Positions 21,999 to 22,762 of a stretch of 22,762 nt of DNA are shown here, in pieces. The stretch is from Octopus sinensis (taxonomy: Eukaryota): positions 1 to 22,762 of the forward strand of contig NW_021836731.1 of the NCBI RefSeq assembly GCF_006345805.1, written 5' to 3'. The notes under the pieces were generated by a model. It saw only the letters and a program-made list of their open reading frames with translations. It did no database searches and was not told the origin of the DNA. The position numbers were made by a program, and so were the translations under genes. Within the stretch, counting starts at the first letter, position 1, and the number at the start of each line of letters is the position of its first letter.

Positions 21999-22171
21999 GG
22001 CGCAGGAGTGGCTGTGTGGAAAGTAACTTACTTACCAACCACATAGTTCCTGGTTAGTTCCACTGCGTGGTACCTTGGATAAGTATCTTCTACCATAGCC
22101 TCAGGTTGACCAAAACCTTGTAAGTGGATTTGGTAGATGGAAACTGGAAGAAGCCTGTCGTATACGTATAC

Positions 22172-22234
<63 letters not shown>

Positions 22235-22282
22235 TTTGTGTGCGTGTATTTGTCCCCCCCCCCCAAATCGTTTGAGAACCGA
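21999..22282 (+). mobile_element. Family A SINE: complete head plus internal (TA)n(TG)n, 3'-truncated
   Basis: GGCGCAGGAGTGGCTGTGTGG...CCACTGCGTGGTACCTTGG...GGAAACTGGAAGAAGCCTGTCG, then microsatellite, then TTGTCCCCC. Confidence 0.88.
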
Positions 22283-22434
22283 ATGAGAACCAGAAAAAAA
22301 TTGCTGCTGCTCTGCTGGGATGTTACCTCAACCTCCATATTCAACAGATATTGCTCCTTCGGATTTCCATTTATTCAGGCCTCTGCAGCATAGTCTTAAT
22401 GGTAAAATTTCAATTCCTTGAACGACGCAAAAAG
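22283..22434 (+). pseudogene. Mariner transposase fragment (third catalytic Asp region)
   Basis: RTRKKLLLLCWDV / PQPPYSTDIAPSDFHLFRPLQHSLNGK across a frameshift matches the YSPDLAPSD(Y/F)HLF motif. Different subfamily from 10495-11517. Confidence 0.85.
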
Positions 22435-22762
22435 ATAGCCACCAGTACGATCAAAAACTGCCTTGCTTTCCCGGTTGAGGGAAAGGTAGGTGCAATTAAC
22501 ACGATAGACTCGGCCGACTGACGGACTCGTCCCACTCGTGCAGTGTCCATCCATTTCGGACCTGTGGGCTTATGCCAACGGCTGCTGTTACGCGTTGGAC
22601 GAGTCCGCCTGTCGGCCGAGTCTATCGTGACAATTGCACCGCCCCCTTCCCTCAACCGGAAAGCAAGGCAGTTTTCATCGTACTGGTGGCTATGGTGAAA
22701 GAATGTGGTTGGTGACTCGAGCGAAAGGATTAGAGACAAACACTTACCTCTCTGGCCAATCG
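22435..22762 (+). mobile_element. Diverged third Tx1-like fragment with an inverted duplication at its 5' end; runs off the window
   Basis: 22533-22762 is homologous to 14328-14540 (LVQCP...SAESIV...KGLETNT). 22435-22532 is an imperfect reverse complement of 22597-22693. Confidence 0.85.

Overview
AT-rich, microsatellite-dense eukaryotic intronic or intergenic DNA. The SINE families resemble those of octopus/coleoid cephalopods; this is my recognition, not a verified match. There is no intact protein-coding gene, and almost all listed ORFs are microsatellite read-through or decayed transposon frames. The window holds: three copies of a Tx1/L1-clade non-LTR retrotransposon, two embedded in (TCTA)n arrays and one with a fold-back inversion; two mariner remnants; a CR1/L2-group LINE 3' fragment; at least 3 families of tRNA-type SINE-like repeats; and one candidate terminal coding exon (2418-2524). 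The most unusual signal is a set of short non-coding inserts sitting in (TA)n arrays that carry type I hammerhead ribozyme motifs. The best case is 10008-10472, a 352-bp-period element with direct terminal repeats (retrozyme or Penelope-pLTR-like). A second, unrelated minimal hammerhead lies at 20886-20920, nested inside a SINE microsatellite. Together these suggest that several mobile elements partition microsatellite targets by motif.
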